64,000 nucleotides of DNA from Calditrichia bacterium (GTDB taxonomy: Bacteria; Calditrichota; Calditrichia; RBG-13-44-9; J075): assembly GCA_050633245.1 (NCBI GenBank), contig JBOEGD010000032.1, positions 1 to 64,000 of the forward strand. Reading direction: 5' to 3'. The notes below the pieces were generated by a model, which was not told the DNA's origin, made no database searches, and saw only the letters and a list, made by a program, of their open reading frames with translations. Shown here piece after piece: positions 7,619-17,002 of the stretch. The position numbers and the translations under genes were made by a program. The stretch's first letter is position 1; every line of letters begins with the position of its first letter.

Positions 7619-9775
7619 CTATTGCAATTTTTCAATACACCATACGGCATCTTCGGTCCTGACAAAAAGATTTCTTCCCAGAGGTGCCAGGGAAGCAGTA
7701 ATCTTACCGGGGAGTTGATTTTTGCTCACCAGCTCATAATCGGTTCCTGCCCGGATGATCTGGGTAATACCATTGTTATTTGTAAAGTAGATGTTGCCAT
7801 TTACAGCAATGGGGGATGAATAATAGCGCCCCGGAGCGAGGCGCTCTCTCCAGAAAATGTGTCCATTTTGAGAATCAATGCAGATTGCATGGCCATTATC
7901 TGAAACCATAAAAAGAAGGCTATTGTAAAAAACCGGTGAGGCGGTATTTGGGCCTCTGCTACCCAAATTAACTTCCCAGATTTTGCAGTCCTTATCACCT
8001 CGCATAATACCTGCAAGATCCAAAGCGACTACTCCAGATTTCCACGAAAGATATAAAATGTCTTCTTCAGCGATTACGGTAGTAACAGTTTCACCGGAAT
8101 AGTTAACAGGTGTTGGGTATTGTGCAAGCCTTTTGCCGTCGGCAGGAGAAAAAATATTCAAAACTTTCCTTCCTCCTCCGCTCCAGTCAACGATGATTTC
8201 TCGTCCTTGAAAAGTTGTTATCAAAGGAGTCCTGTGCTCACCATGAGGACTTTTCCATGGAGATAAATCTGTCTTCCAAGTGCTTTCACCTGTTAAACGG
8301 TTAATTGCTGTAATATATGGAGACTCAGACATTCCGCTCAATATGATTATGTGGTCCCCTGCGAACATTGGTGATGCGCCAATGCCGTGAATTCCTTTGA
8401 AAGGAAGGTTGGTGTTTGTCCATAGAATATCTCCAGAATAGCTGTAACAGATTAATCCAGACGTACCAAAATAAGCATAAACTCGTTCCCCGTCAATAAG
8501 GGCTGTCGGAGTTGCAGGTGAATTCAAATGGGTGCGGTTCTCGGGTCGGTCGGTGATCCCACTTTTTTGCCAAATGACTTTACCATTAGACCGATCCAGA
8601 CAAACAACCCCTCTTTTCATACCTGTATCTGTGTTGGCATAGTTGGCCTGAATAAAACTGAGTGCTGCAATAGTTAGAATTGTTGGGGAAAACCATTTGT
8701 TTAGAGGTGAATCTATTGGTTTGGTGCTGTTTTTTATATACAGATATAGCCAAAGCAGAAAGCCTATATTAATGAGGAAAAGATACCAGGGATATGAAAG
8801 GGCCGGATCCAACAAGTGAAAAACCTGATCGGTAAGAGACAAGGATGGATCGATAAGTTGACTATTGCCCTGAGTCAATGCTGCGTAGCTCTGTTTCAAA
8901 AAATTGATAAGAAATATTGAGCCCAGGCCGCTAAGCCCAAATAAAAACATCATTGATTGGGTTAGGTTGCGATGCTTTGCAATTTTGCTTTCCTTGAAGC
9001 GTGTTTTCTGCTTGTTTCCATTTCTTCGATATGGAAACAGCAGCAGTAAACCAGTTAAAGCGATGAGAAGGCATGGAATTATCATGCGAGTTAACGTTAT
9101 AATTCGAATAGGTAGGACAAAGAAATAGTCAGGACTCGGTCGGTTAAACAGTAAAAAACCGGCCCAAAATATGAGAAATAAACCCGCTCCGGTTTTCCAA
9201 TAAGATCTTTTGTCGAGAAAATTAATGATGAGCAGACAGGAAAAAGCAACGACTACTCCAGAATGAAACCAGATATTGAATCGACTAATCAGGCCAGTCC
9301 TTGTAAAGCCTTCAGGAAGCCAATGTGAGAAAAAAAGTGAGTAGAAAAAGATTCCCAGGAAGAACCAAAAAGCATGAGATGTTAACAGGCCCGGGTTATT
9401 TTCCACAAGCTTTGCTGTTTGCTTGCGAGAATAAAATACAGTTGAAAGGAACAATAAGGCTGCTAAAATTGCGACCAGAACAGTAATTATGTTTCCTGTT
9501 GCTGTTTGCTCTGTAGTATTCCAGGCAGCTGTAATAAATACCTTTTCTTTACTGATAACAGGTGATGAATGACCCGCCCCTTGGATAACTGTAGACCAAG
9601 TGATATTTGTAGTGTCTGACCACTCCGTCGGTACATTTTCCGATGAACTTTGTCCTTGATACCGTAATCCGCGCCAACCGCGCCATTCTTCAGTTTGAGC
9701 ATGCAGGGTATTGCTAATTAATAATATGAGTAAGCTAAACTTGATTATTTGATAAAAAAGCTTAATAGGAGTCAT
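7619..9775 (-). CDS. PQQ-like beta-propeller repeat protein with a large multi-TM insertion
   Basis: ATG at 9775 after GAGGGG; signal peptide; WRGWRG...GHSSPVI start; blade motifs CLDRSNGKVIW, AINRLTGESTW, CIDSQNGHIFW; about 300-aa hydrophobic insert. Confidence 0.8.
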   Translation of the reverse strand: MTPIKLFYQIIKFSLLILLISNTLHAQTEEWRGWRGLRYQGQSSSENVPTEWSDTTNITWSTVIQGAGHSSPVISKEKVFITAAWNTTEQTATGNIITVLVAILAALLFLSTVFYSRKQTAKLVENNPGLLTSHAFWFFLGIFFYSLFFSHWLPEGFTRTGLISRFNIWFHSGVVVAFSCLLIINFLDKRSYWKTGAGLFLIFWAGFLLFNRPSPDYFFVLPIRIITLTRMIIPCLLIALTGLLLLFPYRRNGNKQKTRFKESKIAKHRNLTQSMMFLFGLSGLGSIFLINFLKQSYAALTQGNSQLIDPSLSLTDQVFHLLDPALSYPWYLFLINIGFLLWLYLYIKNSTKPIDSPLNKWFSPTILTIAALSFIQANYANTDTGMKRGVVCLDRSNGKVIWQKSGITDRPENRTHLNSPATPTALIDGERVYAYFGTSGLICYSYSGDILWTNTNLPFKGIHGIGASPMFAGDHIIILSGMSESPYITAINRLTGESTWKTDLSPWKSPHGEHRTPLITTFQGREIIVDWSGGGRKVLNIFSPADGKRLAQYPTPVNYSGETVTTVIAEEDILYLSWKSGVVALDLAGIMRGDKDCKIWEVNLGSRGPNTASPVFYNSLLFMVSDNGHAICIDSQNGHIFWRERLAPGRYYSSPIAVNGNIYFTNNNGITQIIRAGTDYELVSKNQLPGKITASLAPLGRNLFVRTEDAVWCIEKLQ

Positions 9776-9868
9776 GACATATCCCCTCGAGTTTAAGGAT
9801 TCTTCAAGCATGGTTATTTAAATAAATGAGGGGAATAAAGAGTAACGATATGTTTGGTAATATCCAAA

Positions 9869-10915
9869 CTAAACGAAGCAGTAGCTGCCCGTCTTGCGTA
9901 GAGTTGCATATGCTGTTGCGCCGGGCCTAAGTGCTTTTGATGATAAATAATTCGCCAGGAAAAGAGTACCATCTGCTGTTCTAAGCACGACTTCTGTAAA
10001 GCTGCCCTGGAAGCTGGTGCTAATGACTATGCCTTCAGCTGACGGTTTGGAAGATGGTTTATTAACCAGAACCTCAAGTGCATCAGGGCGTAACATGAGT
10101 TTTTGTCCGTGCCCGAAAGCGCTACTACCTTGCGGTAAGATACCAAAAGGTGTGTGGATTTGATGGTTAATTATGTCGACCGAAATGAGGTTTATTTTAC
10201 CAAAGAAACGTGCAACGTACTCATTTGCGGGGCAGTTATAAATCACGTCTGGTGGTGCTATTTGCTCCAGGTTACCGCTTCGGATTACCGCTATTTCATC
10301 GGCAATTGCCAGGGCATCGCGGGTATCGTGAGTTACCAAAATAGCGCTTATACCGGATGATTTCAGGATGTCGTGAATTTCTGCCCGAACGCTGGCCTTT
10401 AAGGCTTCATCCAGATTGCTGAATGGTTCATCCAGAAGCAAGAGTGCCGGATTTGGAGCTATGGAACGCGCTAATGCAACACGCTGCTGTTCGCCGCCGC
10501 TCAATTCAAACGGGTAGCGGGCTCCATAGCCTTCCAATCGTGTTAAACTTAACATTTCCTGGACGCGTTTATGTTTCTGCTTCTTAGCGAATTTCTGTAG
10601 ACCATAGCCAATGTTTTGTGAGACTGTAAGATGTGGAAAAAGAGCATATTCTTGAAAGACCAGTGCAATGCCGCGCTTCTCCGGCGGCATAAATAAATGG
10701 TCGTCGCAAACAAGTTGATCTTTGATGTGAATTGAACCGTGATCAGGAACTTCCAACCCTGCAATCATGCGTAGTAATGTTGTCTTTCCGCTACCGCTAT
10801 CGCCAACCAGCGCAAGAAGTGTTTGGCCATTTAGCGTTAGCGTCAGGTCGTTTACCGCTAGTTCTTTCGCGGATGGATAACGTTTGGACACGGATTGTAT
10901 GCTTAGAATAGACAT
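9869..10915 (-). CDS. fbpC: Fe3+ ABC transporter ATP-binding subunit
   Basis: Walker A GDSGSGKT, LSGGEQQRVALAR, LLLDEPFSNLD; operon context; probable start MSILSIQ. Confidence 0.9.
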   Translation of the reverse strand: MSILSIQSVSKRYPSAKELAVNDLTLTLNGQTLLALVGDSGSGKTTLLRMIAGLEVPDHGSIHIKDQLVCDDHLFMPPEKRGIALVFQEYALFPHLTVSQNIGYGLQKFAKKQKHKRVQEMLSLTRLEGYGARYPFELSGGEQQRVALARSIAPNPALLLLDEPFSNLDEALKASVRAEIHDILKSSGISAILVTHDTRDALAIADEIAVIRSGNLEQIAPPDVIYNCPANEYVARFFGKINLISVDIINHQIHTPFGILPQGSSAFGHGQKLMLRPDALEVLVNKPSSKPSAEGIVISTSFQGSFTEVVLRTADGTLFLANYLSSKALRPGATAYATLRKTGSYCFV

Positions 10916-10958
10916 GGCAAAATATGGGGTTCTTTCTGCAATAAGCAAAAGGGTTTCT

Positions 10959-12605
10959 TTAACGTCTGTTCACCATGCGGTTCATAAACAGCACCGGAAT
11001 TAGGCTGGTTGCAACAATCATTAAAGCAACAGGAGCCGCTTCTCGGACGGCTTCTTCTTTAGCTGCGAGTTCGTAAGCCCTGGTAGCCAGCGTACTAAAA
11101 TTGGGAGGAGAAAGAAACAGCGTTAGCGGTAGCTCTTTTATTACATCGACAAAGACAAGTGTGGCTGCGGCCAGCAAGGCGCTTTTCAAAAGTGGAATGT
11201 TTATTTTGATGAGCGTATTCATCGGTGAATGACCAAGTATACGCGAGGCTTCATCCAGGTTGCGGCAGTTTTTTTCGAACGCAGCATCAATGGGATTATA
11301 GGCGAGCGCCAGAAAGCGGACTACCAGTCCGAAGGCAACTGCTGCAATAGTACCGCTGAAGATTAGACCGGTTTGAACATCCAGTACTTTCATTGTGTTA
11401 TGAATGCGATGATCCAGCCATAAAAAAGGAGTCATTACGCCGACGGCAATAACCACACCGGGAACGGAATAGCCAAGCATTGATGCTTTAGATATCCATT
11501 TGGTAAGGCGCGATCTGGATAGCTGCGCGGCATATAGAATGATGGTTGAGAAGAGTAGAATAGCGATTGCACAGATGAGCGCGAGCGATAAGCTGTTCCA
11601 TATTAAGGTAAGAATGTTAAATGATGCTGCAGTCCAGTTGGTCTTTATACTCCACAGCAGTAACTGGAAAGCGGGGATAATAAATCCAAATAGCAGTGGA
11701 AGTGCGCAAAAAGCTGTGGCAAATACCATCTTTAACCCAGTGAGCTGAATGCGGCTAATGGGACGAAACGTGTCTTTTGCGCTGACGTATCGACTTTTGC
11801 CACGCTGAACATATTCCAGGGTTATCACGAACCCTACAAAAAGCATTAGTAATGATGACAGGCGAATCGCGGCATCAACATCATCCATTCCAAACCATGC
11901 TTTGAAGATGCCAGTCGTAAAAGTGTCTACACCATAATATGCCGAAACGCCATAGTCGTTTAATGTCTCCATTATTACCAACATTAGTCCACCGGCAATT
12001 GCCGGACGGGCCAGCGGCAGTGCTATTTGCCAAAATACTGTGAGTGGAGCTTTGCCAAATGTACGAGCTACTTCCAGATAGCTGGATGACTGTTGTAAGA
12101 ACGATGCTCTGGCAGAAAGGTAAACGTATGGATAAAGCGTGAGCGTTAATATAAAGCTGGCTCCGCCAGGCGTAGAAATGCCATCACGCAGAAAAAAGGA
12201 TACACCCAGAGCCGTTGCCGTTTGTTGAACCGGCCCAAAATAATCCAGCATTCCGGCGTAGGTGAAAGCAGATATGTAGGCTGGCATTGCCAGCGGCATC
12301 ATGAGCGCCCATTCCAGAAACGTTTGGCCGGGAAAGCGATAGCGCACCACCAGCCAGGCTGTTGATACGCCAATTAACAATGTAAATACGCCAACGATGG
12401 TGGTTAAAAGCAACGTATTGATAATGTATGAAGTTAGAAGGGTATTTACGATGTGTTGCCAAGCTGCGCCGGTGGGCTTTAATAAGCCACCGACGATGAC
12501 GAGTGTTGGTAACGATAGTAGCGCTACCAATACAGCAGAGACAATTACCCAACTATTCAGAGTTCGCACTCTAAACAATTTAAGCAGTGCAGGAGGAAAG
12601 AGCAT
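10959..12605 (-). CDS. fbpB: Fe3+ ABC transporter permease (two-lobed)
   Basis: Multi-TM protein with two EAA-like loops (YLEVARTFG, LDEASRILG) and KELPLTL. Confidence 0.9.
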   Translation of the reverse strand: MLFPPALLKLFRVRTLNSWVIVSAVLVALLSLPTLVIVGGLLKPTGAAWQHIVNTLLTSYIINTLLLTTIVGVFTLLIGVSTAWLVVRYRFPGQTFLEWALMMPLAMPAYISAFTYAGMLDYFGPVQQTATALGVSFFLRDGISTPGGASFILTLTLYPYVYLSARASFLQQSSSYLEVARTFGKAPLTVFWQIALPLARPAIAGGLMLVIMETLNDYGVSAYYGVDTFTTGIFKAWFGMDDVDAAIRLSSLLMLFVGFVITLEYVQRGKSRYVSAKDTFRPISRIQLTGLKMVFATAFCALPLLFGFIIPAFQLLLWSIKTNWTAASFNILTLIWNSLSLALICAIAILLFSTIILYAAQLSRSRLTKWISKASMLGYSVPGVVIAVGVMTPFLWLDHRIHNTMKVLDVQTGLIFSGTIAAVAFGLVVRFLALAYNPIDAAFEKNCRNLDEASRILGHSPMNTLIKINIPLLKSALLAAATLVFVDVIKELPLTLFLSPPNFSTLATRAYELAAKEEAVREAAPVALMIVATSLIPVLFMNRMVNRR

Positions 12606-13618
12606 TAACGCCAGCCAACCTCATCAAAAATACGGACAGCTGCCGGATTCAATTCCCCAAGACGGTTAATAGACTGATTGTCCGGCTTGAAGCTTCCCCA
12701 TGAGTTAAGCAGATCGGAAGGAGGAATGCCGGGCTTAGCTGGATATTCGTAGTTTCCACTGCCAAATAACTTTTGAGCTTCGTCAGCGACCAAAAACTCA
12801 AGCAGCTTTACAGCATTGTCCTTATTCTTGGAATGTTTCGTAACCGCTGCACCACTAACGTTTATATGTGTGCCGCGGTCTGTTTGATTCGGGAAGAATA
12901 TTTTCACCTTCTCGGCTACTGCACGCTCTTCTTCATTTTTCGAATTGGCCAGCTTTCCGAGATAATAGGTGTTTACAATGGCAATATCGCCAATGCCTGC
13001 TGCAACAGCTTTCATTTGGTCGCGGTCATTGCCGCTCGGGGTACGAGCCATGTTGGCTACAATCCCGGCAGCCCAGGATTTAGCTGTGCTATCTCCATGG
13101 GCTGCAATCATGGAAGCCAGCAAGCTTTGATTGTAAATGTTTTGCGAAGAACGGATAAGAATGCGGCCTTTCCATGCTTCATCGGTAAGGGCCTCATAAG
13201 TCGACAGGTCTTCCGGGTTTACTCGCTCTGGTGAATACGCAATTACCCTTGCGCGTCTTGTCAGGCCAAACCAGGAGTTCTCAGCATCTCTCAGGTGGGA
13301 CGGAATAGCAGTCTCTAGAACAGCGGAACGTACTGTCTGGAGCAAGCCTTTTCCCTTGGCGCGCTGTAAACGTCCGGCATCTACAGTAATCAGAAGGTCT
13401 GCCGGTGATAACTCCCCTTCATCTTCCAAGCGCTTAATCAGCTCATCTGCTGAGGCAGTAACAACATCAACCTTAATGCCGGTCTGCTCTTCGAAGGACT
13501 TATAAATCGTTTTGTCGGCTTCGTAGTGACGATGTGTATAAACCGTAACGCTCTCTTCTTTTTTGGTACAACCGAAAAGCAGCGCTATTGCTATGGTCAG
13601 AAGAATTACTTTATGCAT
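12605..13618 (-). CDS. fbpA: Fe3+ ABC transporter substrate-binding lipoprotein (FbpA/FutA family)
   Basis: ATG at 13618 after GAGG; lipobox LFGC; YTHRHY, TVDAGRL, NTYY iron-ligand tyrosines. Confidence 0.92.
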   Translation of the reverse strand: MHKVILLTIAIALLFGCTKKEESVTVYTHRHYEADKTIYKSFEEQTGIKVDVVTASADELIKRLEDEGELSPADLLITVDAGRLQRAKGKGLLQTVRSAVLETAIPSHLRDAENSWFGLTRRARVIAYSPERVNPEDLSTYEALTDEAWKGRILIRSSQNIYNQSLLASMIAAHGDSTAKSWAAGIVANMARTPSGNDRDQMKAVAAGIGDIAIVNTYYLGKLANSKNEEERAVAEKVKIFFPNQTDRGTHINVSGAAVTKHSKNKDNAVKLLEFLVADEAQKLFGSGNYEYPAKPGIPPSDLLNSWGSFKPDNQSINRLGELNPAAVRIFDEVGWR

Positions 13619-13632
13619 TTTTGCCTCATATA

Positions 13633-13706
13633 AGTTCAAAGTTCAAAGTTCAAAGTTCAGAGTTCAAAGTTCAGAGTTCAGAGTTCAAAGTTCAAAGTTC
13701 AGAGTT
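13633..13706. repeat. Heptamer tandem array (AGTTCAR) x10
   Basis: Ten full AGTTCAA/AGTTCAG units plus AGTT, between ftsX and fbpA. Confidence 0.95.
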
Positions 13707-13771
13707 GTAAAAGGGAAGGGTAGTTAGGCAATCAGTCTCCTTGTCTCTCGCTCTGTGTTCCGTGTTCTGCC

Positions 13772-14626
13772 TTAATATTTCAAATACTTCCCAACGGATA
13801 TATAACTGCCAAGTAGGCCCAGGCTAATCCCGATAAGAATGAGCAGCGCATAAAACTCCAAAGGGACATTTACAACAGTCGCAAAGAGTGTTTGTACCGC
13901 ATCGCTGATTAGCCAAAGAATTCCACAGGCAAGAAGGCTACCAATTAATCCCTGAAGAACACCTTCAACTATAAATGGCCCTTTTATAAAAAAACGATTG
14001 GCTCCAACAAGGCGCATAATTTCAATAACAGTATGCCGTGAATGAATTGTTAAGCGAATCGTATTGTAAATGAGCATGGTTGTAATAAAGAAGATGGCCG
14101 CTCCCAGAAAAGACGCCGTTAGCAAGCCAATCCAAAAGTAGTCGTTCATCAATTTCACAAAGTTTTGTTGATAATCTACCTCATCTACTTCAACAAACGA
14201 CTCCAGCTCCTGCTTCATTCGCTCAACCTGTTCGGTGCCGGAATAGGTCGGCTTTAACGCGACACGGAATGAAGGGGGCAGCGGATTATCGCCTAAAACC
14301 TTCATTAAATCCTGTCCAAAATCCTTTTCAAATGCTTGTAATGCCATTTCCTGAGTTACGTACTGGGTAGAGCGAACAGCTGGAAAGTTTTCTATGCGCC
14401 GCTGTAGTGCTTTCACATCGCCTTCCGAAAGTGACGGATCGATAAACACTTCCAAAAATATCTTGTTGTATACCCGATAGAAATTGTCCGAGAGTTGCTG
14501 GGCAACCAGGCCGAAAATTCCAATCAACAAGAGCGAAAGCATAACGGTAACAATCGTAATTGTTGCCGACAGCCGTGCGCGCTTAAAACCTGCGAGCCCT
14601 TCTCTAATCATAAAAAATATGTTCAT
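13772..14626 (-). CDS. ftsX: Cell division permease FtsX
   Basis: DNPLPPSFRV, IYNTIRLTI, EIMRLVGANRFFIKGPFIVEG; follows ftsE. Confidence 0.93.
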   Translation of the reverse strand: MNIFFMIREGLAGFKRARLSATITIVTVMLSLLLIGIFGLVAQQLSDNFYRVYNKIFLEVFIDPSLSEGDVKALQRRIENFPAVRSTQYVTQEMALQAFEKDFGQDLMKVLGDNPLPPSFRVALKPTYSGTEQVERMKQELESFVEVDEVDYQQNFVKLMNDYFWIGLLTASFLGAAIFFITTMLIYNTIRLTIHSRHTVIEIMRLVGANRFFIKGPFIVEGVLQGLIGSLLACGILWLISDAVQTLFATVVNVPLEFYALLILIGISLGLLGSYISVGKYLKY

Positions 14627-14749
14627 AAATATTTCTCGTCTTCCCGGCGGGAAGTGCTTACAAACGTTTTGTTGCGCAATTAATATAGAACGCAGAAAGA
14701 AGAATCGGATTGTAATTAATAATCAAAAAAACTTATTGATCAGGAATGG

Positions 14750-15436
14750 TTATTGATTCTGATGCTCAATCTGATCAACGGTAATTTCTTTATAGAATCG
14801 ACCATTTTCCATAACCAGCGTATGATGTGGGAATTGCCGAATTAATTCATAGTTATGGGTTGCCATTAGAACGGCAGTGCCGCTGCGATTAATGCCTGCG
14901 AGCAACTGCATTATTTCTCCGGCAACCTGCGGGTCAAGATTCCCCGTCGGCTCATCTGCAAGTAGAATGTAGGGTTCATTTACCAATGCTCGGGCAATTG
15001 CAACGCGTTGTTTTTCGCCACCAGAAAGATTCCCCGGCATTACATAGCGTTTATGATGCAAACCAACTCGTGATAGTACCGCCAGCACCTTCGGTTTAAT
15101 ATCTCGACCTGGTGTGCCAATCACGCGCAGAGCAAAAGCGACGTTTTCGAATACGTTACGATCTTCCAGTAGCTTAAAGTCTTGAAAAATGACGCCGACT
15201 TTTCGACGCAGTAGCGGGATTTGTTTTTGGCGAATACGCGACGAGTTGAATTGAGCAACAACGACATTGCCCTTGTCGGGAATAACATCCATATAGATAA
15301 GTCTGAGGAGGGTTGTTTTACCGGCTCCAGTCTTGCCGATTAGATATAGAAAGTCGCCTTTCTTGATCTTCAGATTAACGTCCTCAAGTACGGGGCGTTT
15401 ACTGAGAGATACGGACACATTATAAATTTCAACCAT
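14750..15436 (-). CDS. ftsE: Cell division ATP-binding protein FtsE
   Basis: Probable start MVEIYNV; GKTGAGKT, GVIFQDFKLL, LSGGEKQR, ADEPTGNLD. Confidence 0.92.
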   Translation of the reverse strand: MVEIYNVSVSLSKRPVLEDVNLKIKKGDFLYLIGKTGAGKTTLLRLIYMDVIPDKGNVVVAQFNSSRIRQKQIPLLRRKVGVIFQDFKLLEDRNVFENVAFALRVIGTPGRDIKPKVLAVLSRVGLHHKRYVMPGNLSGGEKQRVAIARALVNEPYILLADEPTGNLDPQVAGEIMQLLAGINRSGTAVLMATHNYELIRQFPHHTLVMENGRFYKEITVDQIEHQNQ

Positions 15437-15462
15437 ACTGCTGATCCCGGATCCGAAGTTCC

Positions 15463-16233
15463 CTACAGATTCTTTTTCAAAATGAAATGGGCACGTCCGC
15501 TTTTCTTGCCAGCCGGGTCGAAAGAAAAATCTTCGAAGCAACCGGCGAGTTCAAAAGCGGTATGTGTTTTAATAAAACGTTTTATTTGCTCAAATTGAAA
15601 TATTTTTTGCACATGAGTTTCCTGGAAAATTCCTTCAGGGCCAAATACGCGAATCGTATTGTACTGCAAGCCTTTATCTTCATCAAAGTGGCTTTCGCGA
15701 TAGTAGGAATAATCTTCATCTACCACTTCACTGTCTACGTAGTTCTGAAAGTAGTGTTGGCAATGAGCCGGACTGACAACATCGAAGATAAAAATACCGG
15801 GGGCTACCAGAATCTCGTAGACGCGCTTGAAAGTGTCGATGAAGCCCTGCTCGTCCTCCAGATAGTTCATAGTATCGTATAGGCAGGTTGCAATGTGAAA
15901 CGTGTCTTCCGGAATGTTTTCCAAGGTGGGTAAACCAGAATGAAAAAGGGAAGAGTCCGGCAGGCGATTTTTGGCAAGAGCAAGCATATCAGCAGCTGGT
16001 TCACAGCCGGCAGCTTTGATATCCAACTTTTGAAGTTCTTCAATAAAGCGACCGGTTCCACAGCCGATATCCAGAACCCCATCAACATTCTCAAAATTCT
16101 CCTTTTGCAGAACGCGCTTTACGTAGGCAGCCCAGCGTGTATAGCCAACATGCGACATCATTTTATCATATATCGGTGCGATAGCGCTATAGGGAGGTCG
16201 CGGTAGTGGGGTGTCTGCCGTAGATTTTTGCAT
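15463..16233 (-). CDS. Class I SAM-dependent methyltransferase
   Basis: VLDIGCGTG motif I; CLYDTMNYL; PGIFIFD. Confidence 0.88.
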   Translation of the reverse strand: MQKSTADTPLPRPPYSAIAPIYDKMMSHVGYTRWAAYVKRVLQKENFENVDGVLDIGCGTGRFIEELQKLDIKAAGCEPAADMLALAKNRLPDSSLFHSGLPTLENIPEDTFHIATCLYDTMNYLEDEQGFIDTFKRVYEILVAPGIFIFDVVSPAHCQHYFQNYVDSEVVDEDYSYYRESHFDEDKGLQYNTIRVFGPEGIFQETHVQKIFQFEQIKRFIKTHTAFELAGCFEDFSFDPAGKKSGRAHFILKKNL

Positions 16234-16277
16234 AAAATGTCCTGCAGCCCGAAGGCCAGGTAAATCAGTGAGGTACT

Positions 16278-16547
16278 TTAGGAATCAGAATCTTTTTTAG
16301 TCGTCGGCTTGCTTTTCTTCTCAACAGGCTTCGACTCGCTCTTCTTTGTACTCGTACTACCACTTTTATTTGTGTAATCGGTAATGTAGAAGCCCGATCC
16401 TTTAAAAATCAGCCCGGTACCACCACTAATAAGTCGCTCTACTTTGCCTTTGCAAACCGGACATTTAGTTAGCGCCTTTGCAGAGATGCTCTGAAACTCG
16501 TCGAACTTATGCCCACAGTCTTTGCAGAGGTATTCATATGTCGGCAT
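16278..16547 (-). CDS. FmdB-family zinc-ribbon protein
   Basis: MPTYEYLCKDCGH...CPVC...FKGSGFYITDY with a Lys/Ser tail; AAGGAG RBS. Confidence 0.92.
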   Translation of the reverse strand: MPTYEYLCKDCGHKFDEFQSISAKALTKCPVCKGKVERLISGGTGLIFKGSGFYITDYTNKSGSTSTKKSESKPVEKKSKPTTKKDSDS

Positions 16548-16879
16548 TGTGTCTCCTTAGTAAATAATAACAATATAGCCAATATAGCGCGCTGACCCTA
16601 AATGTTACTTGACAGCTTTGCTATTTGGATAGCTTTGAAATTTAACAGTTTTTTGAGCTGTTGCAATCGCTTTTTGTAATGGTAAACGATTGCTCGATAA
16701 CGCTGTATACGGCAAAAGTGTTAACTTTGTTAGCGTTTTTACGCTGGTTTACAGGTGAAAAGGATTCCATTTCTTAGCACTATAAAATTCTTTTTGCGTT
16801 GTTTAAGTCCTTTGTTAATAAAGCCTTGTGGCTTTTGTTCTCTTTCTCGCCTTACAGTTGTTGGCACAGTTTGGCTGTG

Positions 16880-16896
16880 CAGGCACCACAGTTGCA
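16880..16896 (+). promoter_or_regulatory. Candidate sigma54 promoter
   Basis: CAGGCACCACAGTTGCA: GG-N10-GC with GGCAC and TTGCA, about 105 nt before the ATG at 17003. Confidence 0.5.
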
Positions 16897-17002
16897 TTTG
16901 TTGACAGTAGCTAAGCGCAATGCACTATTGTAAATGCGATAAGCACTTAAACTGTAAAAAACTGCCTGGCAAAGTGCCGGCTTGAATAAAAAGGAGTACA
17001 TC

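Noticed and set aside
13619-13771. Fur box upstream of fbpABC
   Set aside because: No GATAATGATAATCATTATC-like sequence is visible.
16861-16876. TTGGCACAGTTTGGCT as a sigma54 promoter
   Set aside because: Good -24 element but GG-N9-GC spacing; the site at 16880 has the correct spacing.
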